Shown: in pieces, positions 38,651 through 49,601 of the stretch
Position numbering within the stretch: position 1 is the first letter of the stretch
Layout of the letters: each line of letters starts with the position of its first letter
From: Camelus dromedarius
Lineage: Eukaryota
Length of the DNA stretch: 64,000 nucleotides
Direction: 5' to 3'
Assembly: GCF_036321535.1 (NCBI RefSeq)
Contig: NC_087437.1
Span: 88,724,001-88,788,000, forward strand
Position numbers and translations under genes: made by a program
Notes under the pieces: model-generated
Databases searched by the model: none
Told to the model about the DNA's origin: nothing
The model's input: the letters and a program-made list of their open reading frames with translations, nothing else

Positions 38651-39614
38651 GCAGAATATCAAAACTGCCTGCTGCATGATTCAGAGCACATATTACACAT
38701 AGTGCACATTGCCTTCAAAAGGGAAGGAAGCACACTAAGCATTGTGTCTCTTCCTGAGTTATATAGATGCAGGACAAAGCAACCTGACTTTTATTTTGGA
38801 GGGGATATCTGGGCATTCCTCAGTTCTACTGGCTTCCCAGAACCTCATGAAGATGACATCTCTCTACATTTTTATGAACTTTATCATTTCCCTCTGGCAT
38901 GCATATGTCATGTCTACACATTTAGGATATTTGCTGCTTCCTGCTCACCAGGTCTGATCACGATGAGGTCATGGATGTGGGGGCCAGTATAATGTACTGT
39001 GGATGGTGCCGTGATCAAGTGCCCTGACATTAGATAATGACAGATAACAAGAAACTTGAAATACTTCTGAAGTAAAAGAAGGAACTGTTCCCACTACCCT
39101 TGCCAGATGATGTTTCCTAATTTCAACTGGGGTGAGGGAGCACTGGCCAGATCAAAATCTGATCTCAGTGAGAATGGATCTGTTAATTTACTCTAGCAAA
39201 GAGATCACACCTGGAACATCAGCTGCAATTAGTTGCATCACCTACTCTGATCTCAAGTTTACTGCTACTTACTATATATAACCTATCTTTTTATACACTG
39301 AAGAGGCAAGTTTCTTTCCTTAAAAAAAATGCTTCTTTCTATAATCTGATATTATTTCCCTAGTTTAAAAGCAATAAAATTAAGACCATTATGGTAAATA
39401 GGATCAAGAATAAGGATCTTGAATTAGTTATCCCTATGAAAATTATAAAAACAAACGTAATTCTACGTCTCCAGATAAAACACAGACTAATGCTACATTT
39501 AAAGATTTGGAAGAGACTGATTGACAGGTCAGTTTGGTTCAACTTTGATGGATTGAAGCTAAATCTTTGTTACATGACTGTAAATCCTCTTTCTGACTGG
39601 TAGATGATAGAGAC

Positions 39615-39970
39615 TTTTTTAAAAATTGACATATAGTCGGTTTACAATGTTGTGTTAATTTCTGGTGTGCAGCACAGTGGTTCAGTTATATACATGTATG
39701 TATTCCTTTTCACATTCTTTTTCATCATAGGCTATTACAAGGTATTGAATATAGTTCCCTGTGCTGTACAGTAGGAGCCTGTTGTTTATTTTATATATAC
39801 TAGTTAGTACCTGCAAATCCCTGCAAATCCCAAACTCCCAATTTATCCCCCCACCCCCTGGTAACCATAAGTTTGTTTTCTACGTCTGTGGGTCTGTTTA
39901 ATGTTTTGTAAGTAAGTTCTATTTTTTTAGATTCCACATATAAGTGATATCATATGGTATTTTTCTTTCA
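39615..39970 (-). mobile_element. L1 3' end inserted in the ERV-L
   Basis: 'gtttacaatgttgtgttaatttctggtg...gaatatagttccctgtgctgtacagtagg...agattccacatataagtgatatcatatgg'. Confidence 0.92.
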
Positions 39971-41651
39971 ATAGTAGTATTCTGCGTCCTTAGGAAATAC
40001 CAGCTCAGGTTCAATGTCCTATAACCTCCACAAGGCTTGGATATTTCCCTCTCCTCTGTGCAGTGACTCGGGCAAATGTCTACAGGTCTTTTGGGGAAGG
40101 CCAGGAAGATGATCTACAAAAAAGGCTTTTGACAGATTCTCAAGGTTCTTTATTCAAGGGGCTTCAGGTGTGTGAACTGGTTGAGGTCTAGGATCTCAGT
40201 GAGAGGCTGAGAACTTTCATTTGGGTAACTTGGGTCAGGTCCCTGTTTGTAAGACCAAGAGTTTTTGATTAAACACACCATTTAATGCTTTGGTAGACTG
40301 TGCCATGATCATTAGAACGTTATCAAGATGCCTGCAGGTGAAAACATTCTGACTCCCTGCCAGCCCTCTGACCTATTTTGGTTGTCTTGCCACCCTTGTC
40401 TCAGGCATTTAGATGCTGTCACTCTTGGACCACATCCCTCATAAAACCAGAGATTCCATGCTGCCAGCATCATCTCACAGTTCTATCTACACAAAAATCA
40501 CATCAGGCACATTTTCCCAGAAGCACAGTATCAATGCTCTTCTCTTGTAATATCTGTCGAAGTAGTTCTCCGGGCCTTCCAGGAACCACAGTATGAGAAT
40601 AGAGCCACTCCAGAGTTCCCTTGTCCCCGACCTTGAGATCCTGTCCTTTACAGTATACTAGTACATTTCTGACACCTAAACTTTCATGGAGGACACTGTT
40701 GAGTCAAGATTTCAATCAACCACCTGAGTAAATTGTTGGAGCCTCTTCTGCTCCTTAAGTTAATTCTACAGATCCATGGCAACTATATCTTTTAAACTTG
40801 GCCCAAACCAGTCTATGTATCTTCTTCTCTGGCCATTTCCACATATATCCCCCACCCCATGATTTTGTCAGTAATAGTTAGCAACATTTTGTAGTTATTT
40901 TGGAGTATAATGTGTTTCCTTATGGGCAGACTGTGTATATTTAATCGTGGGCCATGCTCTAATTACGGATCTGGAAAGAGAGAGGTGATGAGCAGATCTG
41001 AAGACACTGGTCACTCTGTAAGATGACTGCCTCAGTCAGATGAGATAAGAAAGGATTGTCCCTCTCACCCAAGGAAGAAGGGGCTGCTTCTTCCAGGAAG
41101 CACAGTGGGATTGACTTAGAGGCTCCAGTTTCTGATTTATCCAAGTAAACCAAACTTCTCTGTATCCAATTTTCTATGTTTGTTACCTGTTTAATAAGTA
41201 CTACAATTTTCAAATTAGAGTTCTATTAATACTCTGAATTCAATTTACATTATAATCTTTTAAGCCCACGGAATTGAATTTTCAAACCTTGGTTTTTGTC
41301 TATGTTGTCATCTTATCCCTTGTAGATAAAAGATCATTTTAGATCAGTCATTGAAACACTCTGGTTCTCTGCTTACAACTTGAACAGAGAATTTGAAGCT
41401 CTGAACTCATCATTTTCTTCATGCCATCCTTCCAATGTTGCCAGAAGTAACTAGCTCACACAGAGCCCTTGCAATTGTCACTTATACCCTAATGGACACT
41501 TTGTCTAAATGAGACGTGTGACCATTATCCCATTTTCTCCTGGAGCTGAGATCATCACCACCTTCACACCCCCAAGCAGGACAGATAATTACTCTAGATT
41601 CCCATCTTTGAGAGACTGTTTTTGGAACTACTCCTGTGCAAAGAAAAATAC

Positions 41652-42150
41652 TGTATCAGTCAGAGTTGAGCTAGGAGAACAAATCAATCTATGTATTTCA
41701 AACAGAAATATTTGCACAAGATCAATCGCTTGTGGTATCATTGGAGAGGGATGAGTAATAAATGTAAGCACTGGAGAGACTGTCTAGAAATTATAAAACT
41801 GCAAGAAGCTCATACTGAAACTGCGCCTGTGAAGCAGGACACTGACAGTGGACTTGGGATTTTAAGAAGCTGCGTGAAACCACTGCCACCACCCCAGTAG
41901 TCCAGGCCACCAGCTCCATACTGGAATAAGAATGATTTCTAACTCTTTTCCTTCTCCTGAATCTTGTGTGAGTACCTACAGTAGGTAGCATCAAAACCAG
42001 AGACTTACTGCTAAGGCTTGGAAAAACATAGTTCTCAGTATGCTGCACCCACAGTAAAGGGGAGATGACAGAACCAGGTGGGGATGACACTTGAGTGCCA
42101 AAAGGTAGTAACCAACACACACTGTTTTCAGGGCTGCCCAAGTCCAATCA
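41652..42150 (-). mobile_element. 5' LTR of the ERV-L (LTR33/41-like)
   Basis: The minus strand ends '...ctgactgataca' immediately before the ERV-L leader; length ~500 bp. Confidence 0.7.
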
Positions 42151-42157
42151 TGTCCCA

Positions 42158-42560
42158 TTTTTTTTTTTAATGGTGAATTTTATTTTTATTTTATTTTTTT
42201 ATTGAAGTACAGTCAGTTATAAGGTGTCAATTTCTGGTGTACAGCATAATGTTTCAGTCATACATATACATGCATATATTCATTTTCATATTCCTTTTCA
42301 TTATAGGTTACTGCCAGATATTGACTATAGTTCCCTGTGTTCTACAGAAGAAATTTGTTTTTTTAATCTATTTTTTATATAGTAGTTAATATCTGCAAAT
42401 CTCGAACTCCCAATTTATCCCTTCCCACCCCCTTCCTCTCTGGTAACCATATGATTGTTTACTATGTCTGTGAGTCTATTTCTGTTTTGTAGATAAGTTC
42501 ATTAGTGTCTTAGTTTTTCTTTCTTTTTTTTTAAGATTCCACATATGAGTGATGTCACAC
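42158..42560 (-). mobile_element. L1 3' end
   Basis: Poly-T plus L1 3'UTR; flanked by the direct repeat tcccattttt (TSD). Confidence 0.92.
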
Positions 42561-42589
42561 TATATCCCATTTTTACACTCCTGCTTCTT

Positions 42590-42965
42590 GACAGAACTTT
42601 CTCTTGATTACCTATAACTCATCCTCAGAAAGCAGGCATAGTAATATTTTAAAAACAAGTCAGAAATCCCACCTTTTCTCCTTTCTTGGAACCCTCCAAT
42701 TACCTTTTGTTGCAAGTAGAATTAAATCCAAATCCTTACCATGGCCTCCAAATCTGCATGTATCTAAAACTTGCCTGTGTCTCTGATCTAGCCAGCTACC
42801 ACTTCTGCCCTGCTGACTACAGGCATTTCTCACTCACTAGGGATGGCTTCCTGGCGTTTCTCAAACACTTGGACCTTGCTCCTGCCTATCACCTTACACT
42901 TGTTATTCCCTCTGCCTGAAATGATATTTCCTCAGATATTCCTTTATTTGACTCCTGTTCATCAT
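42590..42965 (+). mobile_element. L2 relic
   Basis: 'ggaaccctccaattacc...agaattaaatccaaatccttaccatggcc...tgttattccctctgcctgaaatg'. Confidence 0.75.
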
Positions 42966-45029
42966 GTAGATTTCAGATGGAAGACTGGAGGAGAAAAAAA
43001 GATAAGGAGGAGGAAGGGGAGAAAGGAAAGAGGGAGTTGGACAGAGAAATTTAGAAATAAACAAAGAACATCATCAGACAACACAAGCCAAATATATTAA
43101 TTTGCTATTCGTGGCAAAAGGTATTTAAACTCCAGAACGATAGATTGTTTGAGGGGTCTGTCACATAGCTTAGTGGTTTTCAAACCTGATTCTTCTGTGT
43201 TTTTCTAAAAAAATTGATTTTTGCACCTCAGCCTTGTAGTTGGGATGCTGGCATCTGTAGCTTTAATAAGCCATGGAGGTAGTTCTTACATAGGTTGGCT
43301 ATGTAATTTTTGTATTTTACGTATTTTTGTGTTTTACATATTTTTAGAACCAGTGTACTAGAAATTATACCAGTATTTCTATAAGAAAATAATCTCTCTC
43401 AGAAAAAGAAAGAAATGTGACCTAGCACGAAGAATATCCCATGACTATAGTAAAATTGACCACTAGTGAGACTTTAAGCACGTCTGTTTTAAGGCCCTTA
43501 TAAGGAAGAAAAATATCTAGACACAAACTTCATAACTCAATAAGGTATACCCTATTTATAGGCTTGGAAACTCGCATCCTATTATTGCCCTCATGTTGCA
43601 CCATTTATAGCTTATTTTCTTCTTTTGATAGGATTTCCATTTCATTTACAAAAACAACAAGAATCAACTATACCTTTAGATATTGCTGCTCCTGTGGGAC
43701 TTCTTACAAAGCTCAAAAAAGTGATGACTGTAATCTAGAAATTAGGAGTTCCTTCAAGGTCTTAGGCCTTCAGTAAAACGCACACGTTAAGCTCTTACTG
43801 TCCATTACATGATGAAAGTGACGAGGATCTTTTCTGAACTTTGTGATGTTTTTCTAAATTCACCCCAAAAGGGATGAGGGGACTGATGAGAAAGGAATAA
43901 GTAACAGTCTGCTACTAGGCGTTCTGCCTCTTCTTAAGTAGAGCACCGTGTAACCCATTTGAACTTTCTAGCCATCGGGGGTGCAAGTTTTTCTTTAATT
44001 TCTAAATGAAATGATTTGAATTCCAATCACATAGACTACAAGAAATTCTTATTCCTCCTAGATACCTTTGAGAATTCCTGGAGATGGTGCCTACATGTCT
44101 TGGTGGTTATTTGTTGGCTCTTGTGCCAAATTCCTGGTTTTGGCTGGCTTCTCCCTGGTCGTTCTGGCCATCTCTCTACACCTTCGCATATTCCTCTAGC
44201 CTTTCTGACCTCACCTCAGAATGTAAATGTAGACTTTATTCCACAAAGCAGAGGGAAGAGAAATCATTACTGAGTTAGTAGTTAAAATTATATTAAAGAT
44301 TTGGGGAGGATTAGAGTTTAAAAATTATAGCATAGAATAGGAAATTACTCTTTCTAAACTTCTTGATCACATACTGTCTCAGGAAATATTTAAATAATAG
44401 CCAAGTTTTTCCCAAATTTTGGCTTAATCACCATTGTTACTGGGACCTATTCTCTCTTTGCAAAGTTTTTTCTCCTAGTTCTTCCTCTATATTCTGTATC
44501 TCTGACCACTTTGCCTGTTTCTCATCCTCCACAGCATTCACCTTCAGCAAAAGTGAAAAAAAAAAAAAAAGACAGCAAAGCGCGCACACACACACACCTT
44601 CTTACCTCTGAGTTTATCTGTTCAAAGCTAGCATTATTTTATGCTAAAATAATTTCTCTATGTAAGCAACAGCAAATATTATTTTTATTATGCAAAGCAG
44701 TTAGTTACGTTTCACAGTTTTCTCATTCAAGCTCTGCCCTGTCTTGCCTTTAATAAGGAAAAAAATAGCATCTTTTTTTTTTAAACGAAAGAAGCCCTTT
44801 TTTTTTTTTACCTAAGAGGAATTATGCAGTTGCCCAAATATAGAAAAGTCTGCAGTCATTTTCTTTCTTTTAAAATAGCAGTAGTTTCTTATAGCCACAA
44901 AGGAAGCATATACTCATTCTTTTAACTCAGAATGCACCAGGGGAAGAGCAGGGAGGCTTATATAGAAAGCTGAGCACAGAATTGTCAGTGATCCACAGTT
45001 TGAAGTCCTTCAATACATTTTTTTAGAAC

Positions 45030-45215
45030 TTTTGAGAATTCTCAGTATTGGCTGCTCATTAGGCTTACTTGGGGGGCTTTAAAAAAATCCCAGTGCTCAG
45101 GTCCCATGCCAGACCTAGTAAAGCAGAGTCACTGGAGGGGGGACCCAGGCATCAGTAGTTTTAAAAGGTAGGTTCCCCAGATGATTCCAGTGTTCAGCCA
45201 AAGTCAAGAATGATT
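45030..45215. mobile_element. MER5A
   Basis: 'ttctcagtattggctgctcatt...gctcaggtcccat...ggacccaggcatcagtagtttt...ccccagatgattcc'. Confidence 0.8.
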
Positions 45216-46439
45216 GATCTAAAGAAAACTGGGATGCTTCCACTCATGACGAGTTAGAGGGCAAATGCTGTCTTGTCAACAGCACTTGACTGTATTGAAA
45301 GCAATTGGGGGTGATGAAGAAGTTAGAGGAGATTTGCCCTTTCATGTTCTTTAGAAAGAGTAGAAGTTATTTCTTAAGGAATATCTACTCATCCATGTAG
45401 TTTATATTATAAATGAGCAAGAATTAACTAAGCCTACATGGTCAAAAATGAGTGGCAGAGGTTTGGGTTGCGTAGGGTGTGAGTAGCTGACCTATGTCAA
45501 CTTGATCAGAGCATTTGAATATATTTCCTATTGCTTTTTCAATTTTTTTTGAGGGGAAAGTCAAAACCATTTGATTTTTTAGATGTCAATTCTGGAAGAG
45601 GCCATCTCTACCAACTTGCCACTTCCTCTGTTTTGTAACAATACAGAAATAGAATTTTAGCATAGAAATGAGCATCTATGGTAATAAATTTCAACATTCC
45701 CTTTTAACAAATGGACAAAGTAAGTAACGTTGCCCAAATCCTTACAGCAAGTTAGAAATAGAGTTGGGATTAGAATCAGACTCGTTGTCTTAAGTATAAT
45801 GGTCTGTAACACATTTCATGGTTTTAATTTTTTTTTTCTTTCTAAGTCTACTTTTTTCCTTTCTAAAACTTGGATGATCTGCATAAATATCTAGTGAGTT
45901 CACATTGATGTCCTCTAAAATTATCTCTTTCAACCCTGGCTTAATAATTTCCCATTATGATTATTATACAGAAATAGAAAAAAAGTAAAGAGACTGACAA
46001 GATTAATGTATCGCAAGCTCTTGGCCTCACCACCTGGTTGAAAAGTATTAATTAAATCATTGGAAAGCAGAGTTATTCTCAGAATTTATTATGAATATGA
46101 AATGAAAAATAATGTTAAAAAGGAAAGGATGTGTTGAGTCAATTATTACTGTATTCAATTTTCTTGTCAGTCAATGTTTATTTCAGGACTAAGATGGTAG
46201 CCATAGAAGCTTATGCTCAAAACCCACAAATGGTAGAATCACTGACATCTGTCGGGGCAGGCTTGGAACAAAGGGACAAGATTTTCATGAAGGGTTTTCT
46301 TGTAGAAGGTGGAGAAGTGATTGACAAAAAATGTTATTCAACTCTCCTGACTGATAGAAGAAGGAATGGGATTGTGAACGATGCTAGATGGAAGAGAAAC
46401 CAATAGGGAGATTGAGCTACAGGATAGCGATTAAAGTTC

Positions 46440-46715
46440 TGTAGTAAGACTTTGGCTCAGGAGTATTTGGGTTTGAATAAAAGGTTTGCCACTTACTAGC
46501 CCACAACTTTGGGTAAATTGCTTACACTGTCTATATGTCAGTTTTTACCTTCTCTGTAAAGTGGGAGTAAATCAATCCCTAATTTATGAGTTGATGTGAT
46601 GTTTAAATGAGTTTATACCAAATAATCTATTTATCTATTGTATGTATGTATGTATGTATGTATGTACTGCACTTATAATAATACCTAATAAATACTCAAC
46701 TAATACTAACTATTG
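46440..46715 (+). mobile_element. MIR with an internal (TATG)n
   Basis: 'tgccacttactagc...ctttgggtaaattgctta...tcagtttt...tctgtaaagtggg'. Confidence 0.75.
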
Positions 46716-49563
46716 ATGAACTTAGGGTGGGAGACAATGATGCAGGCTAGTTAATAATGTGGAGAAGTACTCTTACCCATAGGTAATGGAATATGGTATG
46801 CAGTGTATATGAAATTTGAGATTAAGATGTGACAAAGTGCAGCTGTCAATCATTTGGCTGCATCTTGTTCAGGCTGTAGCTTGACATTTAAAATGGTACT
46901 TGGATTTCTCTGGTCTTCTCTCTCTGTTTCTCTCTTGTTCTTTTTCTCTTTCAAGATCTTTGCATTTGGAGTGAAAAATGCATATGTGAAATGATGCTAT
47001 GTATCCAAGGAGTCATATGGAATTACATACCAGAACCACTGAAGGTTTACAGGCAAAATCAGGAAAGAAAGATGACTAGTGGAATTCTCAGCTTTGAATC
47101 ATGCTCAGTAATAAATCTGCAAGGTAGTGATCCTTTAGAAACTTTTATCAGCAAGTCTCCTCGGGGCTGCCTATATCAATATGATGGAAAGAATAAGCCA
47201 AGATCATCATTTCACTTAGAAAATCAGTGAGGTCTGCATACTGCTGACAAAGAATTTAGTTGTGACTCTTCTGAAACAGTTATCTAAAAACTTCTCTTTC
47301 TGCAACAATGGGTATGTGGTCTAATACGGACCTTAATCTTATTCCTAGCAAACTCAAAAGGAATCTGGGGAAAAAGGAAAAGAACTAACACGTGTTGACT
47401 ATAAAAATCGTAACAACTGAATCAATGCCGAGAAAAGTACATTGCAGATTATGGAAAATATTTCCCCTAATTGCAAAATAGGAAAATATTTTTCTCATTT
47501 TATAACTGAGCTGCCACTCAAAATTGACATTTATTCTGGTAAGAAGTGTGTGTGTGTGTGTGTGTAAGTGTGTGTAAATAAAGAAGAATCAGATAGCTTC
47601 ATAGATTGATTTCCAATTTCCTCCTGATCTCTGCTCAAATATATACTTAACAAAGAGAACTTTCTTGGCCCCCTGTCTAAAATAGGTCCTCCATCGCTCT
47701 CTCCTGCACTCTGATTTACTCTGCCTCATATTCTTTAGCACTACCTGGCATATATATGTACTTATTTTTAATACTTTTCTATTAGCTTTTTGTTATTAAT
47801 CATTCTTGAAGCCATCTAACTTCATAAAATTAAATTACAAATTTTAGTTTATTTATTTTAAAACTGAATCAACTTGCAGTTATTTCAAGTTTTATTTCTA
47901 GCAGGTATTTCAAATCAAGCATAATAAGATTATGTAAGGCTTTGAAATGATTTTGTAGTTTGACATAATCATTAAAAGTGCTGTGGGCCACTGTCTTGAG
48001 GCTTTTAGTGATATTTGTCTCAGTTCTCTTATTTTCTTATTCATTCTGTCACTTAAAAAATTAGTACTGTATACTCCTCATGTACTGGAAAATTTGCCAG
48101 GTCCTGCACTAGGGCTGAAAACAAGACAACCATGGACGGCTGTCATGTTCCTTTCAATCCAGTAGGAAAGACAGAGGTTAAACAAGTAATTATTCAAATG
48201 GGTTTAACTGGAATTGCAATTAGTACTCAGAAGAAGTAGAGAGTTTTGGTCAGTGTATGAAGAGAGATAAAATCTGGTTGTGCAATTAGGAAAGGCTTCT
48301 TTAAAAAGGAGAAAGCTGAATCCTAAACGCGCAGTATAGGTAGGTAGGAACCAAGCACATTTGTGCCACTGAGTTTCCCAGTGTCTCAGGAATTAGTCTT
48401 TCCAGGTTTCCCAGAAGTAGGGACAAAAGAGGAGGGGGTAATTAAGGTTTACAGTTAGACCCCCATGTCCGCTCCCATAAGAGCAGAAGCACAGAAGTAT
48501 ATAGTGGCCTGGAGCAGTAAACACAAAATCTCCATATTGGGAGACACCATGCATAGTTGCAAGGATGAGTTGGAGGTGGTAAATCTGTACTAATAAGAAA
48601 GTAGCAAAACTAACAAAAATGTATTGGATATTGAAACTCTCAGTCTTTTTCTTCAACTTGGGTTCAAGAATTCTGTTAGCCAGGCTGTTACTAGCTAAGC
48701 ATTGAGCATGAGAAAGGGCCCTTGGGCAATCTGACAAGACTAAGAAGGCAAAGCCTAAAGATAGTGACTGGGGTTTCCTGAAGGTATGGTGCTGTCAGGT
48801 CTCTTTACTGAGTCCATATTGGCAAAGTCCCACCCACACTCAGAAATGTCATTCAGTTTAACCCCCCACTGTTGAAGGAGTTCAGTCACCTGAGGATTAT
48901 CAGACATCTGAGGGAGACCTCTTCACTTGAAAAATAGAGACCAAAATAAACAAACAAATAAAAGAAGCAATTTGAAGAAAAAACTATGGAGGGAAAATAA
49001 AATGATAAAAGCAAATTAAAAATAGACAATTACAAACCCTAGGGAATATAAATGTTATGCAAGAAACTAATGCTCTACTCTGAATCAAGAAATAACAATA
49101 TATATTTATTTTGTAGATGTCTAGAGGTAAATGCCCAAAGAGTTAGCTAATAGAGTTGAAAATGGTTGGAGATGAAGAATGAGGAGGAAGATGCCAGGAT
49201 ACCCTGTGTGTGCGTGCATGTGTGTCTGTGTTGCAACCCTTGTACGTAGAACTATTTGACTCTAATCCAGGTGACATTCATGTACGCATATAACTTTGAT
49301 AAATAATATAAATAAGATGATTTTTAAAACGTTGTCTATTGAAATAATCCAGGCCAGAGATCTTGGTGGCTTGGACTAGGGTAGTGATGGCAAAGATGGA
49401 AGAGAATGAATAGATTTGATAAGGAGAATGAGGAATGTTGAATCATCAATTTTAACTTTTAATCTTCTTCATGAGCAGCAGTGTGATAAACATCACCACA
49501 TACATGTTCTCTCTCATAATTACATAGGGGGAGGTAGCGTGGACATATTGAGTAATGACTCAG

Positions 49564-49601
49564 TATAAGTACTGAGCACTAACTGATTGCACCACTGGAG
49601 C
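49564..49601 (-). pseudogene. Tailless retropseudogene of the tRNA-Ile(UAU) 5' half (5' exon)
   Basis: The minus strand GCTCCAGTGGTGCAATCAGTTAGTGCTCAGTACTTATA is 33/38 identical to mammalian tRNA-Ile-TAT nt 1-38 (GCTCCAGTGGCGCAATCGGTTAGCGCGCGGTACTTATA). A perfect 19-bp direct repeat lies at 49551-49569 and 49606-49624. Confidence 0.92.

Larger units (their letters stand above)
36430..41651 (-). mobile_element. Decayed ERV-L (HERV16/ERV3-16A3-like) internal region: leader, gag, RT, RNase H, integrase and dUTPase region
   Basis: The minus strand is colinear with recalled ERV-L sequence. Leader 'ttgcacaggagtagttcc...ctcaaagatggga' directly after the LTR; gag at ~40.6-40.86 kb; RT 'aattgcagctgatgttccaggtgtgatctctttgctagagtaaattaac' (IAAAVPDVVSLLEQIN-like, ~39.2 kb); decayed YIDD at ~38.97 kb; ORF 37892-38152 FPFEKQLL (ERV-L SPFEKQLLAC); ORF 37149-37346 HTCSGHGYA (integrase DTYSGYGFA). 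Confidence 0.85.
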
